DNA from: Escherichia coli
Lineage (GTDB): Bacteria; Pseudomonadota; Gammaproteobacteria; Enterobacterales; Enterobacteriaceae
Length of the DNA: 64,000 nucleotides
Reading direction: 5' to 3' (one strand)
Assembly: GCF_024502345.1 (NCBI RefSeq)
Contig: NZ_JALDNN010000001.1
Shown here: positions 10,201 to 20,566 of the stretch, one piece after another
Position numbering within the stretch: the first letter of the stretch is position 1
Layout: the number at the start of each line of letters is the position of its first letter
Made by a program: the position numbers and the translations under genes
The notes under the pieces: model-generated
Told to the model about the DNA's origin: nothing
The model's database searches: none
Seen by the model: the letters and a program-made list of their open reading frames with translations, nothing else

Positions 10201-10316
10201 CGGACCATTGATACCGGCAGGGTTTGTTCTCACCCGCCCGGTATCAGGCTTTAAGAATGCCGGAAGATGCTTCTGATACCCTTCCGGAATTTGCCAGATG
10301 ACGCACAGGATGCACC

Positions 10317-13300
10317 ATGACACAACAGATACACACCATTGCTGAATCCAATAACTTTATCGTCCTTGATAAATACACCAAAGTTCTGGAGAACGGCGAC
10401 AGCTACCAGAGCGAATCGGATCTTGAGCGGGAACTGATTCAGGACCTTCTGAATCAGGGCTATGAATTTATATCCGTTAAGTCACCGACAGCGATGCTGG
10501 CGAATGCACGGGACCAGCTTCAGCATCTTAATGGTGTGGTGTTTAACGAAAGTGAATGGCGGCGCTTCGCAGAGCAGTATCTGGACAGCCCCAGTGACAG
10601 CAGCCTGGACAAAACTCGTAAAATCCATATCGACTATATCTGTGATTTCACGTTTGATGACGGTCGTCTGGAAAACATCTATCTGATAGATAAAAAGAAC
10701 CTGCTGCGCAATAAGGTGCAGGTCATTCAGCAGTTTGAACAGACCGGCTCACACGCTAACCGTTATGACGTCACCATTCTGGTTAACGGCCTGCCACTGG
10801 TGCAAATCGAACTCAAAAAGCGCGGCGTGGCTATTCGTGAAGCCTTTAACCAGATACACCGTTACAGCAAGGAAAGCTTTAACAGCGACAACTCCCTGTT
10901 TAAATACCTGCAACTGTTTGTGATATCTAACGGAACCGATACCCGGTACTTTGCCAGTACCACTAAGCGGGATAAAAACAGCTTTGATTTCACCATGAAC
11001 TGGGCGAAGTCGGATAACACTCTGATTAAGGACCTGAAGGACTTTACCGCCACCTTCTTCCAGAAACATACCCTGCTGAATGTTCTGTTTAATTACAGCG
11101 TGTTTGACAGCAGCCAGACTCTGCTCGTCATGCGCCCCTATCAGATTGCCGCCACTGAGCGAATCCTCTGGAAAATTAACAGCTCATTTAAAGCGAAGAA
11201 TTGGTCAAAACCCGAAAGCGGCGGGTTTATCTGGCATACCACCGGGTCAGGCAAAACCCTGACCAGTTTTAAGGCTGCACGACTGGCAACCGAACTGGAC
11301 TTTATAGACAAAGTCTTCTTCGTGGTCGACAGAAAAGACCTTGATTACCAGACAATGAAGGAGTATCAGCGCTTTTCTCCGGACAGCGTCAACGGTTCGG
11401 ATAATACAGCAGGCCTCAGAAGAAACCTGGATAAGGACGATAACAAAATCATCGTCACAACCATTCAGAAACTCAATAACCTGATGAAAGCCGAAGCTGA
11501 CCTGCCCGTCTATCAGCAGCAGGTAGTGTTTATCTTTGATGAGTGTCACCGCAGCCAGTTTGGTGAGGCCCAGAAAAACCTCAAAAAGAAATTCAGACGC
11601 TTTTATCAGTTTGGTTTTACCGGTACGCCTATTTTCCCGGAAAATGCACTGGGGGCAGAAACCACAACCAGCGTGTTCGGGCGTGAGTTACATTCTTACG
11701 TCATTACTGATGCGATTCGTGATGAAAAAGTACTGAAGTTTAAGGTGGACTATAACGATGTCCGCCCACAGTTTAAGTCTCTTGAAACGGAAACAGACGA
11801 GAAAAAACTCAGCGCGGCTGAAAACCAACAGGCATTTTTGCACCCCCTGCGTATCCAGGAAATAACGCAATACATTCTCAATAACTTCCGGCAGAAAACA
11901 CACCGAACCTTCCCGGGAGCTAAGGGCTTTAACGCCATGTTAGCAGTTAGCAGCGTGGACGCGGCGAAAGCTTATTACACGACGTTTAAAATGCTACAGG
12001 AAGAAGCAGAGAAGAAATCTGGCAGCTATAAATGCCTTCGGGTGGCAACCATCTTCTCCTTTGCTGCAAATGAAGAGCAAAGCGCCATTGGTGATATTAC
12101 TGACGAAAGCTTTGATACCAGTGCAATGAACAGCAGCGCGAAGGAATTCCTGGATTCAGCCATTGATGACTATAACAATCACTTTAAAACCAATTTCAGC
12201 ACCGACAGTAACGGTTTCCAGAACTACTACCGCAATTTAGCTCAACGAGTGAAAAATCAGGATATTGACCTTCTCATCGTGGTGGGAATGTTCTTGACTG
12301 GCTTTGATGCCCCGACGCTTAACACTCTTTTCGTTGACAAAAACCTCCGTTATCACGGCCTGATGCAGGCATTTTCCCGCACAAACCGTATCTATGATGC
12401 CACCAAAACCTTCGGCAATATCGTGACTTTCAGGGATCTGGAGCGTCCGACCATTGATGCCATCACACTATTTGGCGACAAAAACACCAAGAATGTGGTG
12501 CTGGAAAAAAGCTACGAAGAGTACATGCAGGGCTTTACCGATGCGGCAACCGGTGAGGCTAAACGAGGTTTTATGGCTGTTGTTTCGGAGCTGGAGCAGC
12601 GCTTCCCTGACCCTGCCAGTATCGACAGTGAAAAAGAGAAAAAAGCCTTCGTCAAACTGTTTGGTGAATATCTGCGGGCAGAAAACATCCTGCAAAACTA
12701 TGATGAATTTGCCACGCTGAAAGCCCTGCAGAAGGTTGATATTAGTGACCCGGAAGCGGTAGAAACCTTTAAAGCAGAGCACTATGTGGATGATGAAAAA
12801 TTTGCTGAATTACAAACCATTCGTCTCCCGGCAGAACGTAAAGTTCAGGACTATCGCTCAGCATACAATGATATCCGGGACTGGCAGCGACGCGAAAAAG
12901 CATCAAACGACAGGGATAAATCAACCACAGACTGGGATGACGTGGTGTTTGAAATTGACCTGCTGAAGTCGCAGGAAATTAACCTGGATTACATCCTTGG
13001 TCTGATTTTCGACCACAATCGTCAGAAAAAAGGTAAAGAAGCCCTGACTGAAGAGGTCAGACGCTTAATCCGCTCAAGTCTGGGCAACCGTGCCAAAGAA
13101 GGTCTGATTGTTGACTTTATTCAGCAAACTAACCTTGATGACATGCCGGACAAGGCCAGTATCATTGATGCATTCTTTACCTATGCTCAGCGTGAACAGC
13201 AACGGGAAGCAGAGGCGTTGATTAAGGAAGAAAACCTCAATGAAGAGGCTGCAAGGCGCTATATCCGCACATCACTAAAACGGGAGTATGCCACCGAAAA

Positions 13301-13433
13301 TGGGACGGAGCTAAATGAGACGCTACCAAAGCTCAGTCCGCTGAATCCTCAGTACAAAACGAAAAAGCAGACTGTATTCCAGAAAATTGGGGCATTTATC
13401 GAAAAATTTAAAGGGGTTGGAGGACACCTCTAG
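10317..13433 (+). CDS. hsdR: Type IC restriction endonuclease/helicase subunit
   Basis: 1038 aa with helicase motifs TGSGKT and DECHRSQ. Its length and sequence fit an EcoR124I-type HsdR. Confidence 0.95.
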   Translation: MTQQIHTIAESNNFIVLDKYTKVLENGDSYQSESDLERELIQDLLNQGYEFISVKSPTAMLANARDQLQHLNGVVFNESEWRRFAEQYLDSPSDSSLDKTRKIHIDYICDFTFDDGRLENIYLIDKKNLLRNKVQVIQQFEQTGSHANRYDVTILVNGLPLVQIELKKRGVAIREAFNQIHRYSKESFNSDNSLFKYLQLFVISNGTDTRYFASTTKRDKNSFDFTMNWAKSDNTLIKDLKDFTATFFQKHTLLNVLFNYSVFDSSQTLLVMRPYQIAATERILWKINSSFKAKNWSKPESGGFIWHTTGSGKTLTSFKAARLATELDFIDKVFFVVDRKDLDYQTMKEYQRFSPDSVNGSDNTAGLRRNLDKDDNKIIVTTIQKLNNLMKAEADLPVYQQQVVFIFDECHRSQFGEAQKNLKKKFRRFYQFGFTGTPIFPENALGAETTTSVFGRELHSYVITDAIRDEKVLKFKVDYNDVRPQFKSLETETDEKKLSAAENQQAFLHPLRIQEITQYILNNFRQKTHRTFPGAKGFNAMLAVSSVDAAKAYYTTFKMLQEEAEKKSGSYKCLRVATIFSFAANEEQSAIGDITDESFDTSAMNSSAKEFLDSAIDDYNNHFKTNFSTDSNGFQNYYRNLAQRVKNQDIDLLIVVGMFLTGFDAPTLNTLFVDKNLRYHGLMQAFSRTNRIYDATKTFGNIVTFRDLERPTIDAITLFGDKNTKNVVLEKSYEEYMQGFTDAATGEAKRGFMAVVSELEQRFPDPASIDSEKEKKAFVKLFGEYLRAENILQNYDEFATLKALQKVDISDPEAVETFKAEHYVDDEKFAELQTIRLPAERKVQDYRSAYNDIRDWQRREKASNDRDKSTTDWDDVVFEIDLLKSQEINLDYILGLIFDHNRQKKGKEALTEEVRRLIRSSLGNRAKEGLIVDFIQQTNLDDMPDKASIIDAFFTYAQREQQREAEALIKEENLNEEAARRYIRTSLKREYATENGTELNETLPKLSPLNPQYKTKKQTVFQKIGAFIEKFKGVGGHL

Positions 13434-13654
13434 ATGTCAGATAAAAGAACAATGCGCTACCGCAATTTATGGGTAAGATTGTATCTTTTAACCTGCATCA
13501 GACCTGTTATGATCGATGAGGCGCTGGTTAATGTTAATGCTAACTGGATGAGTTTTAATCGCTGATTCAGACAATTAGCGTCCAGAACTCACAGAAACCA
13601 GTGCTTGATTTTGGATGGTAAAGTGCTGAACGGACGTATCACAGGAGAATGCTT

Positions 13655-13993
13655 ATGAGCGTAACTATAAAAGACGATCGACTCCGTACCATCGCTACCT
13701 TTGACGGTAAAACCCTGAAAGACGACCGGCTCAGGACCATCGCAACGTTTGACGGTAAAACCCTGAAAGACGACCGGCTCAGAACCATCTCAACTTTTGA
13801 CGGTAAAACCCTGAAAGACGACCGACTCCGCACCATCGCTACCTTTGATGGCAAGACCCTGAAAGACGATCGACTCCGCACCATCGCAACATTTGATGGT
13901 AAAACACTTAAAGACGATCGACTCAGAACCATCGCGACAGTTAATGGTAATGTTAGTATTGTTGTTTTGGCGTTTGCTGCTCGGCTATTTTAG
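13655..13993 (+). CDS. repeat protein: six 16-aa KDDRLRTIATFDGKTL units plus a hydrophobic tail
   Basis: The ATG at 13655 follows AGGAG with a 7-nt spacer. The repeats are conserved at protein level despite synonymous DNA differences. Confidence 0.6.
   Translation: MSVTIKDDRLRTIATFDGKTLKDDRLRTIATFDGKTLKDDRLRTISTFDGKTLKDDRLRTIATFDGKTLKDDRLRTIATFDGKTLKDDRLRTIATVNGNVSIVVLAFAARLF
13670..13957 (+). repeat. 6 x 48-bp in-frame tandem repeat
   Basis: Read directly. The units differ mostly at third codon positions. Confidence 0.95.
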
Positions 13994-14270
13994 GGCTAAG
14001 AGCCTATCTCAACAGAGATTAATACTTTACCCAAAAGATATAATATCAGTATCTAAAAGCCTGCACCGTCTGATTTTTAGTCATTGAATCGCGAGAACGG
14101 GAGATAATTTCTCTTCTATGGGTATAGGCTCATAATGGTAGGATTCTGGTAGCTTCGAAACGCCGTATTTAAGCAATACTTAAGTCATGAAGAACCAAAC
14201 TTAAACATTTTTCTCAAGGTAAACCAGTAAAAAACTGTTAGTGCTGATGGATCGTTTGGGCTCTTTTAAA

Positions 14271-14319
14271 GGGATTGAAAATCCCCGTGTCCTTGGTTCG
14301 ATTCCGAGTCCGGGCACCA
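14271..14319 (+). tRNA. 3' fragment (49 nt) of tRNA-Phe(GAA): anticodon stem-loop to CCA. The 5' half is absent (att remnant, not a functional gene).
   Basis: GGGATTGAAAATCCCCGTGTCCTTGGTTCGATTCCGAGTCCGGGCACCA equals the pheV/pheU 3' part. The upstream 27 nt do not match GCCCGGATAGCTCAGTCGGTAGAGCAG. Confidence 0.9.
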
Positions 14320-14330
14320 AATTCATATCA

Positions 14331-14357
14331 ACGGACCTCCACGGAGGTCCGTTTTTC
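14331..14357 (+). terminator. rho-independent terminator after the tRNA fragment
   Basis: ACGGACCTCC..GGAGGTCCGT stem followed by TTTTCGTTT. Confidence 0.7.
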
Positions 14358-14516
14358 GTTTCAGAACGCCACAATTTAAGCGTTCTGCCTCCAAATCAAT
14401 TCTACCGAACTCAACCAGATTCCCCCCACATCAACCCCATTGTGTGGGTATAATTGCGGGTATACCCCAGTTCGACAGAATTTGTACCCTCTTTAACGCA
14501 TTCAGAAGGCTGAACT

Positions 14517-15782
14517 ATGGCACTGACTGACGCAAAAATCCGGGCTGCAAAGCCCACTGACAAGGCTTATAAACTCACTGACGGGGCCGGCATGTTCCTG
14601 CTGGTTCATCCTAATGGTTCCCGTTACTGGCGTCTCCGTTATCGTATTCTGGGTAAGGAGAAAACCCTGGCACTTGGTGTGTATCCGGAAGTTTCTCTCT
14701 CCGAAGCTCGTACAAAACGGGATGAGGCCCGAAAACTGATTTCGGAGGGGGTTGACCCTTGCGAACAGAAAAGAGCTAAAAAAGTAGTCCCTGATTTACA
14801 ACTCTCTTTTGAACATATTGCACGACGCTGGCATGCCAGTAATAAACAATGGGCACAATCACACAGCGATAAAGTACTCAAAAGCCTCGAGACACACGTT
14901 TTCCCCTTTATCGGCAACCGGGATATCACAACACTCAGTACCCCGGACCTGCTTATCCCTGTTCGTGCTGCAGAAGCTAAACAAATTTATGAAATCGCCA
15001 GTCGTCTGCAGCAAAGAATATCTGCTGTAATGCGTTATGCCGTACAGTCTGGCATCATCAGATATAACCCGGCTCTGGATATGGCTGGTGCATTGACCAC
15101 GGTAAAACGCCAGCATCGCCCTGCTCTGGATCTTTCACGCCTGCCTGAACTTCTGTCGCGTATTGACGGTTATAAAGGCCAGCCTGTCACCCGACTGGCA
15201 GTTATGCTGAATTTACTGGTTTTTATTCGTTCCAGTGAACTCAGATATGCCCGCTGGTCTGAAATTGATATTGACAATGCCATGTGGACTATTCCAGCCG
15301 AACGCGAACCTCTGCCAGGCGTAAAATTTTCATACCGGGGCTCCAAGATGCGAACACCACATCTTGTGCCACTCAGCCAACAGGCTGTAGCCATACTGGC
15401 AGAACTTCAGACATGGGCAGGTGAAAATGGTCTGATCTTTACGGGAGCACATGACCCACGTAAACCAATCAGTGAAAACACCGTAAATAAAGCCCTGAGG
15501 GTTATGGGGTATGACACAACCCAGGATGTCTGTGGTCATGGATTCCGGGCGATGGCATGTAGTGCATTAATAGAATCAGGTTTGTGGTCCCGCGATGCTG
15601 TGGAACGCCAGATGAGCCATCAGGAGCGTAATGGTGTACGTGCTGCGTATATCCATAAAGCCGAACATCTGGAAGAACGTCGACTTATGCTACAGTGGTG
15701 GGCCGATTTTCTGGATGCAAACAGAGAAAGATTTATCAGTCCATTTGAATATGCAAAGATTAATAATCCATTAAAACAATAA
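14517..15782 (+). CDS. int: P4-type tyrosine integrase (tRNA-Phe island integrase)
   Basis: N-terminus MALTDAKIRAAKPTDKAYKLTDGAGMFLLVHPNGSRYWRLRY is typical. The C-terminal catalytic region contains HGFR...Y. Confidence 0.9.
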   Translation: MALTDAKIRAAKPTDKAYKLTDGAGMFLLVHPNGSRYWRLRYRILGKEKTLALGVYPEVSLSEARTKRDEARKLISEGVDPCEQKRAKKVVPDLQLSFEHIARRWHASNKQWAQSHSDKVLKSLETHVFPFIGNRDITTLSTPDLLIPVRAAEAKQIYEIASRLQQRISAVMRYAVQSGIIRYNPALDMAGALTTVKRQHRPALDLSRLPELLSRIDGYKGQPVTRLAVMLNLLVFIRSSELRYARWSEIDIDNAMWTIPAEREPLPGVKFSYRGSKMRTPHLVPLSQQAVAILAELQTWAGENGLIFTGAHDPRKPISENTVNKALRVMGYDTTQDVCGHGFRAMACSALIESGLWSRDAVERQMSHQERNGVRAAYIHKAEHLEERRLMLQWWADFLDANRERFISPFEYAKINNPLKQ

Positions 15783-15826
15783 TCCTCCCGGGAAAATGCC
15801 CGGGAACCACCCGGGGATTATTTTTT
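15783..15826 (+). terminator. probable terminator after int
   Basis: CCCGGG-rich hairpin (AATCCTCCCGGG...CCCGGGGATT) followed by T6. Confidence 0.55.
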
Positions 15827-15950
15827 GTTAAAAAAGGCAAAACGATATTAACTGATGTATTAAATGTTTACCGGATTGCTCCCTGCAGGTGGATTATCAG
15901 AATCCGCAGTTATTCGTTATTTATATATATTCAATAAAAAGAAACATCAT

Positions 15951-15985
15951 AAAAAATCCCGCACCCACAGGGTGATGCGGGATAA
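15951..15985 (-). terminator. rho-independent terminator of the minus-strand transferase gene
   Basis: The minus strand reads ATCCCGCA...TGCGGGAT followed by TTTTTT. Confidence 0.6.
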
Positions 15986-16103
15986 CTGACGTAAGGAATG
16001 CTGCCGGGATTTGGTGGTCCCTTGTGCTGATATGAATACAGGTTCTATTCTATACAGAATCCTTTTCAGTACAAGAGACTGTATTACAGTTTGCCATATA
16101 TGA

Positions 16104-17603
16104 TTACCTGTGGTCCGGAAGAATAAGTGGCTGCGGTTTCAGACTGTCTGCCGGCACATTTTTCTCTCCGTTAAAAACCATAACGGGTTCATTATCTTCG
16201 TCTGTCAGCGGATTGAATGGCGGTATATTTTCGGTACGAATACCGGTCAGCCACTGAAAAATGCCTGCGAAATTACGGGCACTGATTTTCCTGCTGACGG
16301 ACTGATGAGACGTGATGTCACTGGCGGTAATAATCAGGGGAACGCTGTAGCCCCCCTGCACATGACCATCATGATGAACAGGATTAGCACTGTCGCTGAC
16401 CGACAGCCCATGGTCAGAAAAGTAAAGCATTGCAAAGTGACGGGAATGCCGGCGAAGGATACCATCAAGCTGATCGAGAAAGTTATCCAGTTTACTGATG
16501 CTGGCGAGGTAACAGGCAATCTTTCGGGGATACTGCTCCAGGTAATAATTCGGCCAGGAGTTAAGTCGGTCACACGGATTCGGATGAGAGCCAATCATGT
16601 GCAGGAAAATCACCTTCGGCGAGGATTTATCCGCCAGCGCACGTTCTGTTTCCTGTAACAACAACATGTCATCCGTTTTACGGGAAGCGAAGCTGCCTTT
16701 CTTGAGGAAAACGGTATGCTCCGCATCAGAAGCAATAACAGAGATGCGTGTGTCATGCTCTCCCAGTTTTCCCTGATTGGATATCCACCATGTGCTGTAT
16801 CCTGCTTTTGCTGCCAGCGCCACCACGTTGTTGCCGGAGTCAGGGTTCTGCTCATAGTCATAAATCAGTGTCCGGCTCAGGGAAGGTACGGTACTGGCTG
16901 CTGCCGATGTATAGCCGTCAATAAATAAACCGGGAGCCGTATTCAGCCATGGTGTGGTTGGCACGGGATAGCCATATACCGACATATAATCCCTGCGCAC
17001 ACTCTCACCAGTAACGATAACAATCGTGTCATACAACGGTGTTCCCGGCAGGATTTTCCAGTTGTCAGCCCCGTGCTGACTCAGTTGTTTATAACGCTGC
17101 ATTTCACGCAATGTGTCAGTTGTTCCCACAACAATTCCTTTAACCATCCGCAACGGCCAGCTGTTTACAGAGCATAATACGAACAGCAGCAGTGCCAGCC
17201 AGTTACGGTGACCGCGGTGGTGTGTCCGCCAGAAAATCACCATGAATACCAGAATCGCGGCACTGACCAGAAAATGATAAACAGGAATCATCCCGGTAAA
17301 CTCTGCAGCCTCATCAGCCGTGGTCTGCAGCAACGCGACAATAAAACTGTTGTTGATTTTACCGTACGTCATACCCGCAGGCGCATACAGTGCACAACAG
17401 AACAGAAATAACAGCGTTGTAATGGATGTGAGGGTATTTCTGTGTGCAAGGAGAAGAAGGAGAAACAGAAGCAGCACATTTCCTGTGGCATTCTTCTCAG
17501 TGTATCCGCATGCAATTGTGATTATCACAGAAATAACAAAAAAGAATAAAAACAATAAAATCCGGGGTGTGTCGCCCGGACAAAACAGTTTTCTGATATT
17601 CAT
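16104..17603 (-). CDS. phosphoethanolamine transferase family protein (sulfatase domain, YhbX/EptA-like)
   Basis: Multi-TM N-terminus, then VTGESVRRDYMSVYGY and LHMIGSHPNP motifs typical of PEA transferases. Confidence 0.7.
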   Translation of the reverse strand: MNIRKLFCPGDTPRILLFLFFFVISVIITIACGYTEKNATGNVLLLFLLLLLAHRNTLTSITTLLFLFCCALYAPAGMTYGKINNSFIVALLQTTADEAAEFTGMIPVYHFLVSAAILVFMVIFWRTHHRGHRNWLALLLFVLCSVNSWPLRMVKGIVVGTTDTLREMQRYKQLSQHGADNWKILPGTPLYDTIVIVTGESVRRDYMSVYGYPVPTTPWLNTAPGLFIDGYTSAAASTVPSLSRTLIYDYEQNPDSGNNVVALAAKAGYSTWWISNQGKLGEHDTRISVIASDAEHTVFLKKGSFASRKTDDMLLLQETERALADKSSPKVIFLHMIGSHPNPCDRLNSWPNYYLEQYPRKIACYLASISKLDNFLDQLDGILRRHSRHFAMLYFSDHGLSVSDSANPVHHDGHVQGGYSVPLIITASDITSHQSVSRKISARNFAGIFQWLTGIRTENIPPFNPLTDEDNEPVMVFNGEKNVPADSLKPQPLILPDHR

Positions 17604-17682
17604 CGGAGTATATCGACAACATTATTATGAAGAGAACAGGATAATAAAAATCAGAAATTATCTGTAAAACAGATAACAGACA

Positions 17683-17720
17683 ACCCTGCAGTATAATTAC
17701 TGCAGGGTGTTTCCTTTTAA
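17683..17720 (-). terminator. hairpin between the OMP gene and the transferase gene
   Basis: 9-bp perfect stem ACCCTGCAG / CTGCAGGGT with T-rich flanks. Confidence 0.45.
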
Positions 17721-17762
17721 TTACAGAAGATAAGTAATTATTATCTTTCAGGAGCAGTTTCG

Positions 17763-18503
17763 TCAGAAGTTATAAGTCACACCAAGCATGATGTCATGAC
17801 TTTTAACATCAACCTCTGATTTATATTTATCGCCCCACTCATCCTTGTAACTCACACTGCTGTCACCTGCATCAATATAGCGATAGCTGAGGTCAAGAGC
17901 GATATCCGGGGTTACGTCATAACGGACACCAGCCCCAAGGCTCCATGCAAAGTTGTCAGCAGAGTCTGAGTGTGACAACGACTCACGCCCACTGTACCCG
18001 TACCCGTAATCCCAAGTACTGATACCAGTTGTTTTCTGATGAATTCTGGCGTAACCAATCCCTGCGGATACCCATGGTGTGAATGCACTGTCGTTCCGGA
18101 AGTCATAGTACGTATTCAGCATCAGAGTGTTGACTGACACTTCATTCTTCAGGTCATCACGCCAGTAACCACCTGACCAGCTGTCTTTATCTACGTTATA
18201 CTTCGAATCAGCTTTTCCACGCGCGTAAAACTCCAGTTCTGTACGAACCGGAATACTGAACTGCGGATAAAAATCATAACCGGCCGCAATACCGCCACTG
18301 AATACCGTATCATGGTCATCGCCGCCTTTATACTTTGACGTTTCTTCCTCATCTCCTGACAGGAAACGCTGGTCTGAAAGTGACACCACAGAGGCACCGG
18401 CTTTACCGGTCAGATAAAAACCGCTTTTACCTTCCTCAGCACCTGCATTTGCTGCAAATACACAGGCTGCGGCCACCACTGAAACAGCAAAAACCTTTTT
18501 CAT
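17763..18503 (-). CDS. hra: Hra/Hek/Tia-family outer-membrane beta-barrel adhesin/invasin
   Basis: Signal peptide MKKVFAVSVVAAACVFAANAGA, GFYLTGKAGASVVSLSDQRF, and a C-terminal DIMLGVTYNF ending in Phe. Matches my recall of Hra1/Hek. Confidence 0.75.
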   Translation of the reverse strand: MKKVFAVSVVAAACVFAANAGAEEGKSGFYLTGKAGASVVSLSDQRFLSGDEEETSKYKGGDDHDTVFSGGIAAGYDFYPQFSIPVRTELEFYARGKADSKYNVDKDSWSGGYWRDDLKNEVSVNTLMLNTYYDFRNDSAFTPWVSAGIGYARIHQKTTGISTWDYGYGYSGRESLSHSDSADNFAWSLGAGVRYDVTPDIALDLSYRYIDAGDSSVSYKDEWGDKYKSEVDVKSHDIMLGVTYNF

Positions 18504-18937
18504 TTCAATTATCTCCGTTATTGCTCCGTTGCTGCAAGCAGTACTCAGTGCATTTTAAAACCCGCCATGCGATAGTCTCAATTGAATAAAATCGATCGAA
18601 TCGATAGATGATATCGATCGTCATTAACCAGAAATTTTTATCGTATTCAGTCAGCACAGATACAACAAATGCATGCCATGCAGACAGTCATACCCGGCAA
18701 CAACAGCAGATGGTTGCTGAGCAAGCAGGGAGTGAGGCTGAATCCCGGGGAAGAAAAAACCTGTAAAATTTGTTTATTCTGCCAGGAGATAAAAGTGACG
18801 TGTGTTCATGTAACACACCAGGGACGAAAGATGCATGGACTGACAGTTTGGGGGATATGATGCAACTACAGACCAAAGTGTGAATCAGTATGACCCGGGC
18901 CAGAGTTTGTGCGGTTTCTTTATATAAAAAAGCCCAC

Positions 18938-19379
18938 GGTAATGACTCCAACTTATTGATAGTGTTTTATGTTCAGATAATGCCCGATGACTTTGTCATG
19001 CAGCTCCACCGATTTTGAGAACGACAGCGACTTCCGTCCCAGCCGTGCCAGGTGCTGCCTCAGATTCAGGTTATGCCGCTCAATTCGCTGCGTATATCGC
19101 TTGCTGATTACGTGCAGCTTTCCCTTCAGGCAGGATTCATACAGCGGCCAGCCATCCGTCATCCATATCACCACGTCAAAGGGTGACAGCAGGCTCATAA
19201 GACGCCCCAGCGTCGCCATCGTGCGTTCACCGAATACGTGCGCAACAACCGTCTTCCGGAGCCTGTCATACGCGTAAAACAGCCAGCGCTGGCGCGATTT
19301 AGCCCCGACATAGCCCCACTGTTCGTCCATTTCCGCGCAGACGATGACGTCACTGCCCGGCTGTATGCGCGAGGTTACC
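18938..19379 (-). mobile_element. IS1 remnant (about 442 bp including one terminal IR)
   Basis: GGTAATGACTCCAACTTATTGATAGTG at 18938 is the IS1 end. Identity to IS1 stops at GAGGTTACC (19371-19379). Confidence 0.9.
18953..19330 (-). pseudogene. insB: IS1 insB portion, cut off from insA
   Basis: The translation [37 protein letters not shown]... is IS1 InsB. Confidence 0.9.
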
Positions 19380-19445
19380 TGCTCCCCGTTGATTAATACA
19401 CCGTGATGTTAGTAATGTCTTCATAAGCCACATGAGGACATCCCC

Positions 19446-19709
19446 ATGAAGAAGCGTTTTTCCGACGAACAGATCATATGTATTCTCCGCGAGGCCGAAG
19501 CTGGCGTTTCTGCCCGTGAGCTCTGCCGTAAGCACGCCATTTCCGACGCCACCTTTTACACATGGCGTAAGAAGTATGGCGGTATGGAGGTGCCTGAGGT
19601 TAAGCGCCTGAAGTCGCTTGAGGAAGAGAACGCCAGACTCAAGAAGCTGCTTGCCGAAGCCATGCTGGATAAAGAGGCGCTTCAGGTGGCTCTTGGGCGA
19701 AAGTACTGA
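19446..19709 (+). CDS. IS3-family transposase OrfA (HTH)
   Basis: [46 protein letters not shown] is a typical IS407-group OrfA. Confidence 0.9.
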   Translation: MKKRFSDEQIICILREAEAGVSARELCRKHAISDATFYTWRKKYGGMEVPEVKRLKSLEEENARLKKLLAEAMLDKEALQVALGRKY

Positions 19710-19732
19710 CGACAGACCAGAAGCGGGAAGCC

Positions 19733-20566
19733 GTGATGTTGATGTGTGATGCGACCGGTCTGTCGCAACGTCGTGCCTGCAGGCTTACAGGTTTATCCCT
19801 GTCGACCTGCCGCTATGAGGCTCACCGTCCGGCTGCTGATGCGCATTTATCAGGGCGCATCACTGAGCTGGCACTGGAGCGCAGGCGTTTTGGCTACCGT
19901 CGTATTTGGCAGTTGCTGCGCCGTGAAGGGCTTCATGTTAATCATAAGCGCGTGTACCGGCTTTATCACCTCAGTGGCCTGAGCGTAAAACGCAGAAGAC
20001 GTCGTAAAGGGCTGGCAACAGAACGTCTGCCGCTGCTCCGTCCGGCGGCGCCCAATCTGACCTGGTCGATGGATTTCGTCATGGACGCACTTTCCACCGG
20101 TCGCAGGATCAAGTGTCTTACCTGCGTCGATGATTTCACAAAGGAATGCCTGACGGTCACTGTTGCCTTTGGGATTTCAGGCGTTCAGGTCACGCGTATT
20201 CTGGACAGCATTGCACTGTTTCGAGGCTATCCGGCGACGATAAGAACTGACCAGGGGCCGGAGTTCACTTGCCGTGCACTGGATCAATGGGCCTTTGAGC
20301 ATGGTGTTGAGTTGCGCTTAATCCAGCCGGGCAAGCCAACGCAGAACGGATTTATTGAGAGCTTTAACGGACGATTTCGCGATGAATGTTTGAATGAGCA
20401 CTGGTTCAGCGATATCGTTCATGCCAGGAAAATTATTAATGACTGGCGGCAGGATTATAACGAATGCCGCCCGCACTCCACGCTGAATTATCAGACACCG
20501 TCTGAATTTGCAGCGGGCTGGAGAAAGGGTCATTCTGAGAATGAAGATTCCGACGTTACTAACTGA
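19733..20566 (+). CDS. IS3-family transposase OrfB (DDE), normally made as an OrfAB fusion by -1 frameshift near 19697-19703
   Basis: DDE region with TDQGPEF. The orfB frame is open upstream of 19733 and joins orfA if CGAAAG is read in the -1 frame. Confidence 0.85.
   Translation: MMLMCDATGLSQRRACRLTGLSLSTCRYEAHRPAADAHLSGRITELALERRRFGYRRIWQLLRREGLHVNHKRVYRLYHLSGLSVKRRRRRKGLATERLPLLRPAAPNLTWSMDFVMDALSTGRRIKCLTCVDDFTKECLTVTVAFGISGVQVTRILDSIALFRGYPATIRTDQGPEFTCRALDQWAFEHGVELRLIQPGKPTQNGFIESFNGRFRDECLNEHWFSDIVHARKIINDWRQDYNECRPHSTLNYQTPSEFAAGWRKGHSENEDSDVTN

Noticed and set aside
10201-10316. Looked for a prrC-type anticodon nuclease between hsdS and hsdR, as in the EcoprrI locus
   Set aside because: The gap is only 116 nt and holds two short hairpins. 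No ORF is present.
13639-13932. 97-aa antisense ORF across the 48-bp repeat array
   Set aside because: It is a mirror-image artefact of the repeats. It has no RBS. The synonymous-substitution pattern fits the plus-strand frame only.
13670-13957. Possible CRISPR array (regular repeats)
   Set aside because: The units are contiguous with no spacers, are in-frame and coding, and no cas genes are present.
14241-14453. 70-aa ORF overlapping the tRNA-Phe fragment, and the idea that 14241-14270 is a degenerate tRNA 5' half
   Set aside because: The ORF is read through tRNA and terminator sequence. In the correct register the upstream 27 nt match the tRNA 5' half at only a few positions, so no acceptor or D arm exists.
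18589-18631. Cluster of ATCGAT hexamers with two GATC sites about 90-115 nt upstream of the hra-like gene, considered as a Dam-dependent phase switch
   Set aside because: There are only two GATC sites, and I can verify no Lrp or OxyR consensus. It is left as unproven.
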